Assembly (NCBI GenBank): GCA_031415375.1
Contig: JANORP010000206.1
Coordinates: forward strand, 8,166-72,165
Source: Bacteroidota bacterium
GTDB lineage: Bacteria; Bacteroidota; Bacteroidia; J057; JADKCL01
Length of the DNA: 64,000 nucleotides
Direction of reading: 5' to 3'
The position numbers and the translations under genes are program-made. Of this stretch, positions 26,882-36,293 are shown in pieces; position 1 is the stretch's first letter, and the number at the start of each line of letters is the position of its first letter. Below the pieces are notes generated by a model. It saw only the letters and a list, made by a program, of their open reading frames with translations. It did not search any database and was not told the DNA's origin.

Positions 26882-28705
26882 ATGAAATCATCGCGTATTG
26901 GATTCCTTTGGTTGGCTTTGATTGCGACCTTGACAAGTGGCTTGGTCCATGGTCAGAGCTACAATTATACGCTCAGCTGGACGCAAGCAGCCTCTCATAC
27001 CTATGTTGTCGAATTGAAAACGAGGCATGCGCAGGGGGATGCATCCGATTTCCAAATCCCAGCTTGGCGACCTGGCCGCTATTATATCCAAGACTATGCT
27101 GCCGGCGTCTCTGGATTTGCGGCCTTTGATGCAGCGGGCAAGGCGCTCATATGGTCCAAGACCGACAATGATACATGGCGTGTCTCCAACCCAGCCGATG
27201 GTGGCGACATCGTGGTCAAATACAATTTTTTCGCCAATACCATGGACGCCGGCTCCAGCGTCCTGAACACGGGGCAGGCCTATTTTAATCCTGTGAATTT
27301 TTTCATGCATCTGCGTGGAGAATATATGCGCCCCTGCACGCTCACGGTCGCCTCCATGCCTGCGACTTGGAAAGCCGCTACCGCGCTTACCGCATTGCCC
27401 AAAACCCACAATGTCTTCACAGCGGCAGACTACCACGAGTTTGTGGATAGTCCCACGATCCTTTCCCCTACCCTCAAGACGCTGCACAGCCGCATCGACG
27501 AGACCGATTTTTACTTTCATTTCCAGGGCGAATTCAAAGGCGGCAAAGAAACCGAAGATGCCTTTCAAGGCAATATGGGCAAACTCATCGCCGAAGAAAA
27601 GGCCATTTTTGGAGGATTCCCGATGAAGGAATACCATTTCATCTACCAATTGCTGCCCTACCCGATGGGCCATGCGGTGGAGCACAAAAACTCCGCCTGC
27701 TTCGCGATGCCCAACACCGTCGGGCAGTCTGCGCAAGCCATTGCGCGCCTCAACAGCATCTCGGCCCATGAATTTTTCCATTTGTGGAACGTCAAGCGCA
27801 TTCGCCCCGCCGCAATGTGGCCCTACGACTACCAGCAGGAAGCCTATACCCAGTTGCAATGGTTCACAGAGGGTGTCACCGATTATTACACCTCGCTTTG
27901 CCTCACACGGGCGGGCATGTACACCCGCGAGACCTATTTTTCCATCCTTGCGCGCACCATCCAATCCCTGGAAGGCAACTATGCCAGCCAGATCACCTCA
28001 CCCAGCCAAAGCAGCTTTGACTCGTGGCTGGAGCGTTCGGAGTTTATCCCGCCATACGCCCACATCTCTTATTATACGCTAGGCACACGGGTCGGACTCC
28101 TTTTGGACCTGGAAATGCGGGCGCAAAGCAATGGGAAAAGCAGCCTGGACGACGTGTTCAAGCGGCTCTGGCAGGAATATTTCCTCCAAAACAAAGGCAT
28201 GGAGGAAAATGCTGTCCAAACTGCCGTCGAGGCCATCATGGACAAATCCTTCAAGCGCTTTTTTGACAGCTATGTCATGGGCACCGACCCCATCGACTAC
28301 GCCAGTTTCTTCACACCCTTTGGGCTAGAGCTCGAGACCAAAATCACCGAGGGCCTCACCTGGGAAAACATCGGCTTGGAAAAGGTCGCCGAGGACAAGG
28401 GCGGGCTTTACATCGAATCCCTGCGGCCCGCCACCGACGCCGCGCGCGCTGGCCTAGGCGACAAGATGCTCATCCTGAAAGTCGATGGCAAACCCTACAA
28501 AGATTTTGATGCCGAGGCATTCTTTGAAAAATTCAAAAAGCCCAAGAGCCTGATGCTGGAAGTCGCGACCGAAGGTGGCGTCTCCAACATCGAAGTCACC
28601 TGGACGGGCACTTGGGCACCCAAAACCTATACCCTTGCCGTCTCCAAAAAAGCCACATCCGAGCAGACCGCCCTGCTGGAAAGCTGGCTCAAATCCAAGC
28701 AATAG
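26882..28705 (+). CDS. M61 family (glycyl aminopeptidase-like) metallopeptidase with a PDZ-like C-terminus
   Basis: It has a signal peptide and the zinc motif AHEFFHLWNVKRIRP (HExxH). The C-terminal segment GLYIESLRPATDAARAGLGDKMLILKVDG is PDZ-like. Confidence 0.85.
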   Translation: MKSSRIGFLWLALIATLTSGLVHGQSYNYTLSWTQAASHTYVVELKTRHAQGDASDFQIPAWRPGRYYIQDYAAGVSGFAAFDAAGKALIWSKTDNDTWRVSNPADGGDIVVKYNFFANTMDAGSSVLNTGQAYFNPVNFFMHLRGEYMRPCTLTVASMPATWKAATALTALPKTHNVFTAADYHEFVDSPTILSPTLKTLHSRIDETDFYFHFQGEFKGGKETEDAFQGNMGKLIAEEKAIFGGFPMKEYHFIYQLLPYPMGHAVEHKNSACFAMPNTVGQSAQAIARLNSISAHEFFHLWNVKRIRPAAMWPYDYQQEAYTQLQWFTEGVTDYYTSLCLTRAGMYTRETYFSILARTIQSLEGNYASQITSPSQSSFDSWLERSEFIPPYAHISYYTLGTRVGLLLDLEMRAQSNGKSSLDDVFKRLWQEYFLQNKGMEENAVQTAVEAIMDKSFKRFFDSYVMGTDPIDYASFFTPFGLELETKITEGLTWENIGLEKVAEDKGGLYIESLRPATDAARAGLGDKMLILKVDGKPYKDFDAEAFFEKFKKPKSLMLEVATEGGVSNIEVTWTGTWAPKTYTLAVSKKATSEQTALLESWLKSKQ

Positions 28706-28784
28706 ACGATCCCCATCAAAAAGGTGACCCCGCGGCCCCTGGCCGAAAATTTATAGGCTTGGAAACAGCCTATCCCCATCAAAA

Positions 28785-28817
28785 AGCCCTGCCTCAGATA
28801 AAGAGACAGGGCTTTTT
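28785..28817. terminator. candidate bidirectional intrinsic terminator between convergent genes
   Basis: AAAAAGCCCTG..(15-nt loop)..CAGGGCTTTTT. The 7-bp stem is 28785-28791 / 28807-28813, with an A-run upstream and a T-run (28813-28817) downstream. Confidence 0.55.
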
Positions 28818-28866
28818 GCATCGGCAGCAGTCCAATCGACCTGTAGCCTCCAAAGCAATCATCGAC

Positions 28867-29562
28867 TCAATGCCCAGGTGAGGCAGGTGCAGGCGCTGCA
28901 CCACCCTCGACCGCAGGCACGATCACTTCACCAGTGAAGGTGAGGCGCTCAAGGCGCTCGGCACTGTTGAGTGTGAGGGTGATATTTTTCATCTGTGGGC
29001 CAGACTTGCCAGCCGAGCTGAATTGGGCTTCGATTTCGCCAGACTTGCCGGGCGCGATCGGCTCCTTGGGCCACTCAAGGGCTGTGCAACCGCAGGAAGG
29101 TTTCACATTTTCCAAAATCAGGGGATTGGTACCGGTGTTGGTAAACTTGAATTTGTGCTTGACGACATCACCTTGCTTGATTTTGCCAAAGTCAAAAGTC
29201 ACTTCCTCAAAAGAGATCGTCGTGAGTTTCTCTGGCACTGCCTCACCCGTGATCGGATCGATCACCATGCCGGGTGCAAGTGCGGGCGCAGCAGGCGCAG
29301 TCATCGTCATGCCTGGATTGGCGGCGATGGTCGGAGCCACGGGCGCTGTAGGTGCTGCGGCGGGCGTTGCAGCAGCAGGTGCCGTGGACGCGACGGGGGC
29401 GATCGGAGCGACAGCATCGACCTTATTGGCCTTTTTCTTGGAGGCTTTGGCGACCTTGGGAGCCTTCTCGGCTTTCGCAGGCTTACCAGCAGTCTGGGCA
29501 AATGCCGTTGTGGCAAAGCTCAATACAAACAGGAGCATCAGTGTACGGAGGATCAATTTCAT
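28867..29562 (-). CDS. DUF1573 domain-containing secreted protein with an Ala/Pro-rich linker
   Basis: It has a signal peptide (MKLILRTLMLLFVLSFATTAFAQ), a low-complexity APAAA linker, and the DUF1573 core FDFGKIKQGDVVKHKFKFTNTGTNPLILENVKPSCGCTA. Confidence 0.8.
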   Translation of the reverse strand: MKLILRTLMLLFVLSFATTAFAQTAGKPAKAEKAPKVAKASKKKANKVDAVAPIAPVASTAPAAATPAAAPTAPVAPTIAANPGMTMTAPAAPALAPGMVIDPITGEAVPEKLTTISFEEVTFDFGKIKQGDVVKHKFKFTNTGTNPLILENVKPSCGCTALEWPKEPIAPGKSGEIEAQFSSAGKSGPQMKNITLTLNSAERLERLTFTGEVIVPAVEGGAAPAPASPGH

Positions 29563-29751
29563 TTCGTTATCCAATTATGAAGTCAAAAAATAGATTCTTA
29601 AAAATACCATTATTGCAGGCAACCAGCAAAAACAAAGCCAATTTTTTTGAGGGCCAACCATGAACTGGGGTTCTGAGCCCGCGGCACCCTGCCGCAGGGC
29701 ACTCGACCATTTGCCTTCTGCGGGACAGGCATTTGCCTCCTTCACAAACCG

Positions 29752-30537
29752 CTACGAAACAGCGGAGTCCACCTTCATCCCAAACATCCGCAAGGCATTT
29801 TCGGAAGTGACGCGGGCGACCTCGGCGATTGTGACGTCCTTGATTTCCGCCAGCCGCTTGCCGATGAGCGGAATGTAACTGCTCTCGTTGCGCTTGCCGC
29901 GATGCGGCACGGGCGGCAGGTAAGGTGCGTCGGTCTCCAGCACAAATGCCGACAAGGGCACATCCGCCAGTACCTGTGGCAGCTCGCTTGTCTTATAGGT
30001 CAGCACCCCGCCGATGCCCAGCATGAAACCGAGGTCTTGGACCTGCTGGGCCTGCGCCAGATCGCCCGTAAAGCAATGGAAAATGCCCCGCAACCTGCCA
30101 TCTTGACCTTCTCTCACCAAGGCAATTACATCGTCCATGGATTCCCGGCAATGCAAGATCAAGGGCAAATTTTTGGCCTTGGCCCACTCGATTTGGAGAC
30201 GCAAGGCCGCTTTTTGCGCAGTGACAAATGTCTTGTCCCAATGATAATCCAGCCCACATTCCCCAACACCTACATAATCGTTGCGGTCCCATTCCAATTC
30301 CATCGCTGCCATGACGGTTTCCCAGTCTTCCTTGACAGAGCAGGGGTGCAAGCCCATCATCGGGTAAAAAAAACTGCGGTCCAGGTCGGCCAGGCGGTTC
30401 ATCTCTGGGATGGATGGCAAGTCGATGTTGGGCAAAAAGACGTGGCTCAAGACCTCTTTGGCGCGGGCGATGACCGCAGCCTGATCGTCTTGAAACTTGC
30501 GCGAATACAAATGGGAATGCGTATCGATCATCAACAT
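29752..30537 (-). CDS. TatD family metal-dependent hydrolase
   Basis: It has MIDTHSHLY (HxH), GECGLDYHW, ILHCRES, FHCFTG and LETDAPYL, the characteristic TatD metal-ligand motifs. Confidence 0.85.
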   Translation of the reverse strand: MLMIDTHSHLYSRKFQDDQAAVIARAKEVLSHVFLPNIDLPSIPEMNRLADLDRSFFYPMMGLHPCSVKEDWETVMAAMELEWDRNDYVGVGECGLDYHWDKTFVTAQKAALRLQIEWAKAKNLPLILHCRESMDDVIALVREGQDGRLRGIFHCFTGDLAQAQQVQDLGFMLGIGGVLTYKTSELPQVLADVPLSAFVLETDAPYLPPVPHRGKRNESSYIPLIGKRLAEIKDVTIAEVARVTSENALRMFGMKVDSAVS

Positions 30538-31106
30538 TATAGGCGCGCCAACAATTCGGCTTTTTTGGATTCATACTCCAGCAAGCTAAGCTTGCCGTCT
30601 TGAAAGCGGTCATACAACATATCTACCGTGCGCATCACCTCATCGCGCAGCAGCAGCCAATCCACCGCTTGGCCTTCAAATTGCGTGTATTTTTCAGGAT
30701 CAGGAGCGGTCTCCGCTTCCTTGTCCTTGTCCCAGTAGGCCAAGTCGTCGAGCACCTTGGCCACTGTTGTCGCCGCTTGGGCATCGCCCATAGCAAACCG
30801 CTGGCTGAAGGTCGATCCCATTCCCGAGATTATAAACTCGATGGATTTGCCTTCTGCCTTGCAGCCACGCAGGGTCTCCAGATCAAACGTGCCCCCGTCG
30901 TAATAACACTTGGTATCTGTGAGGATCAAATATGTGCCCCCAAAAAAGCCAGACTCCAAGTACATCGCCACGACCTCGGTCGGCTGCTTGACGCGCGTCT
31001 CTTTCATCAAGATCTTGCCCAGCTTGGTCGCCGGCAGCCTGGGAGAGACAAAGAGGCCCAAGTCTTCGTTGTCGGGAAATTTACGTTTGATGAAATCGCG
31101 GTACAT
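30537..31106 (-). CDS. hypothetical protein with a SHOCT-like C-terminal motif
   Basis: The C-terminus DGKLSLLEYESKKAELLARL resembles the SHOCT short C-terminal domain. The N-terminal domain is unknown. I chose the start at MYRDF (31106). Confidence 0.45.
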   Translation of the reverse strand: MYRDFIKRKFPDNEDLGLFVSPRLPATKLGKILMKETRVKQPTEVVAMYLESGFFGGTYLILTDTKCYYDGGTFDLETLRGCKAEGKSIEFIISGMGSTFSQRFAMGDAQAATTVAKVLDDLAYWDKDKEAETAPDPEKYTQFEGQAVDWLLLRDEVMRTVDMLYDRFQDGKLSLLEYESKKAELLARL

Positions 31107-31278
31107 AATTTTTGATTTTGGCCAAATTTGGGGATAAGCAGGGCAAAACACAAGCCGTTCAATTTTTGAGGCAAGGCCTGCGCCATAGAAACAAAGATGT
31201 GGGAAATTTCAGGCTACAAATTGCGCTTTTTCACCGAAATTTAGACGCTCATCGAGAGCATCTTACCCCCTAAAGCGC

Positions 31279-32085
31279 ATGCGCAACCTGTCCCATATTG
31301 GTTTTGAAGTGCAAAGCTTGGAAGACTTCCAAGCCCTGGCAGAGATGGTGTACCGTAGTGGCAAGCACCAGCGTGTGGGCCGCAACCAATACTATTGTTT
31401 CACCGACGACTCGGGTGCCGAGTTGTGGACCCAAATCGATGAAAACGATGAAATTTCGGGGATGAACGCCCATTTCCATGGGCAGACTTCAATATCCGTA
31501 ACGCTGCTCCATGCCCAGGCCTACGAGGATCGGCCACTCGACGGCACTTTTGAAGCCCGCGCGATCAAGGTCGATGCAGGCTTGCCCAAAGATGCAGCAT
31601 TGCCCGTTTTTGCCTTTGAATTGCCCGACGCACATCTGGTGCCCAGCGTGGTATTGCCCGCCGATGCCCGTGTGCAATTGGTCGGTTTTGCGCGCGAAAT
31701 CCACTGCTACGAAAGCGTGGAAGACTATCGCAAAGCCAATCCTGGCATTCCACTGGAGCGCATCCAGACCATCGAGCAAGACAGATCTGCCCAATCAGGA
31801 TTGTCATCTCTTGTGCGGCTAGACGGCATCGTCGTCGATGCCAAGCAGTTGCACAATCGCTACACCAAAAGGCATTTTTATTGGATGGAGCTCAAGACGG
31901 CGATCGGCCACATCGACATTGTCGCCAGTGCACGCACGATGCCGATGCTCCCGCAGGCGGGCCAGATTTTTGATGGTATCGTGCGCCTATCGGGTCGCGT
32001 GCAAATGGACCATCCCGTCGAGAAGGCACCCGGCCTTGTCGAGCGCTTCTTTTGGGGTGCCCACACCAATCGACGCATCGAGTGA
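31279..32085 (+). CDS. hypothetical protein
   Basis: A 268-aa ORF with ordinary globular composition. No motif was recognised. Confidence 0.45.
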   Translation: MRNLSHIGFEVQSLEDFQALAEMVYRSGKHQRVGRNQYYCFTDDSGAELWTQIDENDEISGMNAHFHGQTSISVTLLHAQAYEDRPLDGTFEARAIKVDAGLPKDAALPVFAFELPDAHLVPSVVLPADARVQLVGFAREIHCYESVEDYRKANPGIPLERIQTIEQDRSAQSGLSSLVRLDGIVVDAKQLHNRYTKRHFYWMELKTAIGHIDIVASARTMPMLPQAGQIFDGIVRLSGRVQMDHPVEKAPGLVERFFWGAHTNRRIE

Positions 32086-32194
32086 TCGTAGGAAAACCTC
32101 TGTTGCCTCGCTACACCGCAGGTCAAAAAGAATCATTCACCCCAGCGGTAAAAGCAACGATTACAAAAAAGCGATTGAAAGCGCCTGCAGCAGC

Positions 32195-33088
32195 TCAGCT
32201 ATGCTTGGGCCGATAGACAAAAAAGCCATTCACCTTGCCCATGCGGCTGCGCATGTACATCTCCAGATCTTGCCCGATCGTGACGCGCCCATACAATTGC
32301 GATGCGTGATTGAGCTTGGGCTCCCCATCTTCGACGGTGACGATCCCACAATGCGATACATCAAGGCCAGGCTCGGTCGAGGCAAATGCAATGATGTCAC
32401 CGTCCTTGGCCATGGGATAATACATCTCCCGATGCTGCACAGGGTAGTAGTGGCGCGGGGTCTTGTTCAGGATTGTCTCGTAACTCTTGTGTTGGCTGCT
32501 CGAAGCCATCTCGCCATATCGATCCTCATTTTTTGAAATGTAGTCGATCTTTTTCTTGAAGGGGTAGCCATTGGCCATGGCTACATTAAATGCCAAACCA
32601 CTGCGGTCTAGCTCCTCGAGGGCTTGTGTGAAATAATGGATTCTGAAATCCATCCCGCAATTTTCACCACCGAAGTAGCGGATGCGGTTGAGGTTTTTGC
32701 AAAAGACCCCAAAAGTGGTCTCCTCCTTGGTAGTCTTGCCACTTTGGATTTCATAAAGCGCGTAAGACAGTGCCCACCACGTCTCTACAAAGGTCACACA
32801 ATCAAAGCTTGTGAAGTTCACGAGGGTCTTATTGGCGGGGCAGCCTGCACCACCTGAGCCATAGGGGATCCCCTTGAAGCTCGGCATGAGCCTATGGGTC
32901 AATTCTTCATAAAAGAAATAACCCGTCTCTGCGCCTTCTTGGTACAGAGACTCAAATTTGGACTTGGAACCTGGCACGACATAACTGTCGTCTTCGGGCG
33001 TGTCCCCTATGATAGAGGGATGACCCGAGGCGTAGGCAAAAAATCCAAACAAACTGAATATCAACGCGCAAACTATACTGCGTGTCAT
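32195..33088 (-). CDS. DUF1460-like (amidase-like) secreted protein
   Basis: It has a signal peptide after MTRSIVCALIFSLFGFF. The segment FDCVTFVETWWALSYA resembles DUF1460 from memory. I chose the start at 33088. Confidence 0.5.
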   Translation of the reverse strand: MTRSIVCALIFSLFGFFAYASGHPSIIGDTPEDDSYVVPGSKSKFESLYQEGAETGYFFYEELTHRLMPSFKGIPYGSGGAGCPANKTLVNFTSFDCVTFVETWWALSYALYEIQSGKTTKEETTFGVFCKNLNRIRYFGGENCGMDFRIHYFTQALEELDRSGLAFNVAMANGYPFKKKIDYISKNEDRYGEMASSSQHKSYETILNKTPRHYYPVQHREMYYPMAKDGDIIAFASTEPGLDVSHCGIVTVEDGEPKLNHASQLYGRVTIGQDLEMYMRSRMGKVNGFFVYRPKHS

Positions 33089-33371
33089 AAGCTCTTTTTC
33101 CAAAACCGTATTAAATTCCAAATTGCAGCCAACCCATCAGGCTACATGCTTTTCCAATACCAGCGTGAATATAAAGAGGCATATTGAAACACGCAAGCAC
33201 TTGCGGCTTCAACGATTTAGGAACCTTGAAAGATTTTCAAAACGAACGTCGGATTTTTCCGATTCACCTCGTCGGTTGACTGGCATGACAGCTGCCCTCT
33301 CATGATGATCAAGCGCGTAGCCAGCCTCTAGACGCCGCTCCAAAATGAGGTGCCTTGCAGGGCATGCCCAT

Positions 33372-35558
33372 TTACAGTGTAAACCAATAATTCAGTTTCA
33401 GTACAATTGCACGGTTTTTGACCCCAAAACCTGGCGTCCCATAGTTGTCGGTCAAGACCAAAAACAGATCACTCATCGGCTTAAACCGCCATTGGAGGCG
33501 TGCATTGATGTTAAAATTTTGTGTCTGCGTATTGAATTGAAAGAAAGTCGTGAAGAAAAGACTCTTGGTGAATGACAGTTCCACCTTGGGACTGATCAGG
33601 TTCAGGAATACTGTCGTGTCTTGCAACACCAAATAATTCTGGTCAAAATCGATCGAGAAAATGCCCCAAGGTTGAGCCCGATAACTCACCGAGCCGTTGA
33701 AACTCACACGTTCGCCATTGAAATAGCCGCCATAGCTCCCACCAAGATTGAAGGTGAGTTTCTTGCGGAAATTGGAGGAATAGCTCCCGGAATACTCGCG
33801 CCAGGCATACCCGACCGAGTCGGGTAGTGGCGTCGCGCCGGTGTTGCTGGGGTCAAAGGCCCTTTGGAGGTAGATATACCACTGCTTGGCGGTCACCGCA
33901 AACTCGCTGCGGTTGCGCATGACCATGCGGTAGCCCAGGCTCGACTGCCGCTCGATGCTTTGCCAGCTTTCATTGTCCCAATACCAGCTCGCATACGCCT
34001 CGGGGCCGTGGCTCAAGATTTGCGTCTTCTTGGGGTACATGCGTATGTTGGCGATGGGCTCCAGCCTGAAATATTGGTGGCGCGGCACAAAACCCACCTC
34101 GGCATTGTAGTTGCGATCGACCCACTCATGGTTGTAATGCAAGGAAAAATTCTGGTCGCTGTAATTCATCCAGACCCCGTTGGCGCTCTCTTTGCGGCCC
34201 ACCTCAGGACCAAATGAGCGGTGATAGAAGCCTTTGCCGCGCAGCTTGTTGTTGTGTGAATTGTAGAAATAGTCCATGCCGAGCACGCGGTTGTAGTCTT
34301 TCCAGTCGGGCGTCTGTCCATTGAACCCCTGCCTGCTCACGAGCATCGCCCCGATGCTGCTGCGCTCCAAGACCTTGCGCTGTATAGAGGCCACCGTGTA
34401 GTTTTGCCCCTGCAAATTCAAGGCGCCGACACCCTCAGTCTGCATGTCCATGACTCCGATCCGCCAGTTCTGATTGAGCTTGCCGCTCAGCCGCACGCCG
34501 CCCAATATGGGAATCGCCTGCCCCGACGACAAGCCGATGCGCCTAGAAAAAAAGGGCCTGATCTGCGAAAAGCCATTCTGTGCAAACAAATCGCTGTTTT
34601 CGATGAAAAACTGCCGACGCTCGGGAAAAAACAAGCTGAATCGGCTCAGGTTGGTGACTTGGCGATCGACCTCGACTTGTGAAAAGTCGGGATTGACCGT
34701 GAGGTCAAGATTGAGCGAAGACGTAATGCCGATCTTGGCATCCAAGCCCAGGTTGGGCTTGAACTGCTCATCTTGTTTTTGGTAGTCGCCTGTGTAGCGG
34801 CCCAAGAGATAGGGAATCACAGAGACGTTTGTCCCGACCTTGCGCGGCGCGGCGTCCCAGATCAGGTCCCCGGTAAAGGCCAAAGTCGATACGTTGAACA
34901 CGCGCGGCACAGGAAACCAGCAACTGTTTTCGTTGCATTTGAGGTTGTTGCGGCTGAAGTTGATGCGCCAGTGATCGACCCCGCCATTGAACCGCAGCGT
35001 CTTGAAAGGGATCGCGATCTCTACGATCCATTTGTCGGGATAGTCTTTCACCTCAGAAAACCACTTGTTGTCCCAATTGGTTGTGACCCCAAAGGAGCCG
35101 CCATTTTCCAAAAGCCCCTCCCGCTGCACGCCCAGTGGCGACACGGTAAAATTGAAGCCATTGGTCTTGTCATTGAAGGGGTCGATGTAGATGCCAAAGG
35201 CATCTGTCACGGGGTAGGAAAAATCCCGCTTGAGCGACTGCACGATGTAGTCGCCCGCCTTGTCGTCCCAACAGACGGCACTGATGTAGAAATACTGATC
35301 GTTGTAGGTCACCCGCACATCGGTATGCGAGATCGCTGCCGCGGTATCGTAGGGAAATTGTTGCACAAAATCAGTCGCCAATTCCGCAGACTGCCAAGAC
35401 GGCTCCGAGAGGTCGCCATCTAGCGTGATCTCACCGACAGCCTTTTGGATATGCAGAGACAGCGCCACTGCGGGCACCGAGTCGGGCGGCGCAGGCTGCG
35501 CCCGCGCACGCCCACCATCCAACATCAGAAAAATCAGAAAAATGCGAACTGCTTTCAT
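33372..35558 (-). CDS. CBM9-like/DUF5916 outer-membrane-associated protein
   Basis: It has a signal peptide (MKAVRIFLIFLML) and the N-terminal block ITLDGDLSEPSWQSAELATDFVQQFP. A long beta-rich region ends in an aromatic-rich C-terminus (LNYWFTL). Confidence 0.65.
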   Translation of the reverse strand: MKAVRIFLIFLMLDGGRARAQPAPPDSVPAVALSLHIQKAVGEITLDGDLSEPSWQSAELATDFVQQFPYDTAAAISHTDVRVTYNDQYFYISAVCWDDKAGDYIVQSLKRDFSYPVTDAFGIYIDPFNDKTNGFNFTVSPLGVQREGLLENGGSFGVTTNWDNKWFSEVKDYPDKWIVEIAIPFKTLRFNGGVDHWRINFSRNNLKCNENSCWFPVPRVFNVSTLAFTGDLIWDAAPRKVGTNVSVIPYLLGRYTGDYQKQDEQFKPNLGLDAKIGITSSLNLDLTVNPDFSQVEVDRQVTNLSRFSLFFPERRQFFIENSDLFAQNGFSQIRPFFSRRIGLSSGQAIPILGGVRLSGKLNQNWRIGVMDMQTEGVGALNLQGQNYTVASIQRKVLERSSIGAMLVSRQGFNGQTPDWKDYNRVLGMDYFYNSHNNKLRGKGFYHRSFGPEVGRKESANGVWMNYSDQNFSLHYNHEWVDRNYNAEVGFVPRHQYFRLEPIANIRMYPKKTQILSHGPEAYASWYWDNESWQSIERQSSLGYRMVMRNRSEFAVTAKQWYIYLQRAFDPSNTGATPLPDSVGYAWREYSGSYSSNFRKKLTFNLGGSYGGYFNGERVSFNGSVSYRAQPWGIFSIDFDQNYLVLQDTTVFLNLISPKVELSFTKSLFFTTFFQFNTQTQNFNINARLQWRFKPMSDLFLVLTDNYGTPGFGVKNRAIVLKLNYWFTL

Positions 35559-35764
35559 TGGTGCCGTGAAGTTAGGGAATGTTACTTGATTCGGAACCAA
35601 TCGTGCTTGGCATCGACAAAAGGATAGGCGTCCATGCTCAGCGGCTCAGCGGCTGACCGTGCCGCAAAATCCCCTAAAATAGGGAGTACATACCCCCGAG
35701 AAGGGTGAAGAATCCCCCATCGCAACCCCACAACTTTGAGCAAACACTTTAATCTAAGGAATCT

Positions 35765-36130
35765 ATGATGAATCTTCAACTCGTAAGGCACTTTCGACAG
35801 GACGGCACCCCTCAGTTCCGCTTGGAAGTATCCACCGACCTCGACGCCGCAGCCTATGCCGCAGATGGCTTTAGTGGCCCAGAAGAGGACCTCAGCACTG
35901 GTGAGCGCGTCTTGACGCTCTATGCCAAAGATGTGACGACCAGCAACACGCATCCGCAGCTTGCCTACAGCGTACCCTTGGGGGCCAGCAACCCGGTTGC
36001 AAGCGCAGCTGAATACCTGATTGTGAAACTGGAACACAAAAATGGCACCCAGCTAGATAGCAGCCGCATCGACGGGGGAACCAAAGTGACGAACGGCTCC
36101 GATCCGGAAATTATCGGAAAGCCACTCTGA
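35765..36130 (+). CDS. small hypothetical protein upstream of the TPR kinase
   Basis: A 121-aa ORF with no signal peptide and no motif. It looks more protein-like than the overlapping minus-strand ORF, but coding status is uncertain. Confidence 0.3.
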   Translation: MMNLQLVRHFRQDGTPQFRLEVSTDLDAAAYAADGFSGPEEDLSTGERVLTLYAKDVTTSNTHPQLAYSVPLGASNPVASAAEYLIVKLEHKNGTQLDSSRIDGGTKVTNGSDPEIIGKPL

Positions 36131-36293
36131 CCCTGATCGTGGACCGGGTACCCAACATGTCCAATGTTTATTTCCACCGCGCACCCAGGGCATTTTGCCC
36201 TGGGGCTATGGCCCTCAAATGTTGATGCCACTCGCCTCATTGCAACATACAAACTATTTTATTGTTATATTTAAATCTACCACTGAGCACAAC

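Noticed and set aside
26888-27964. A 358-aa minus-strand ORF
   Set aside because: It is antisense to the M61 peptidase gene, whose HExxH motif and signal peptide make the plus strand the real frame.
29280-29460. A repetitive GC-rich stretch (GCNGCNCC periodicity)
   Set aside because: It encodes the Ala/Pro-rich linker of the DUF1573 protein on the minus strand. It is a low-complexity coding region, not a DNA repeat element.
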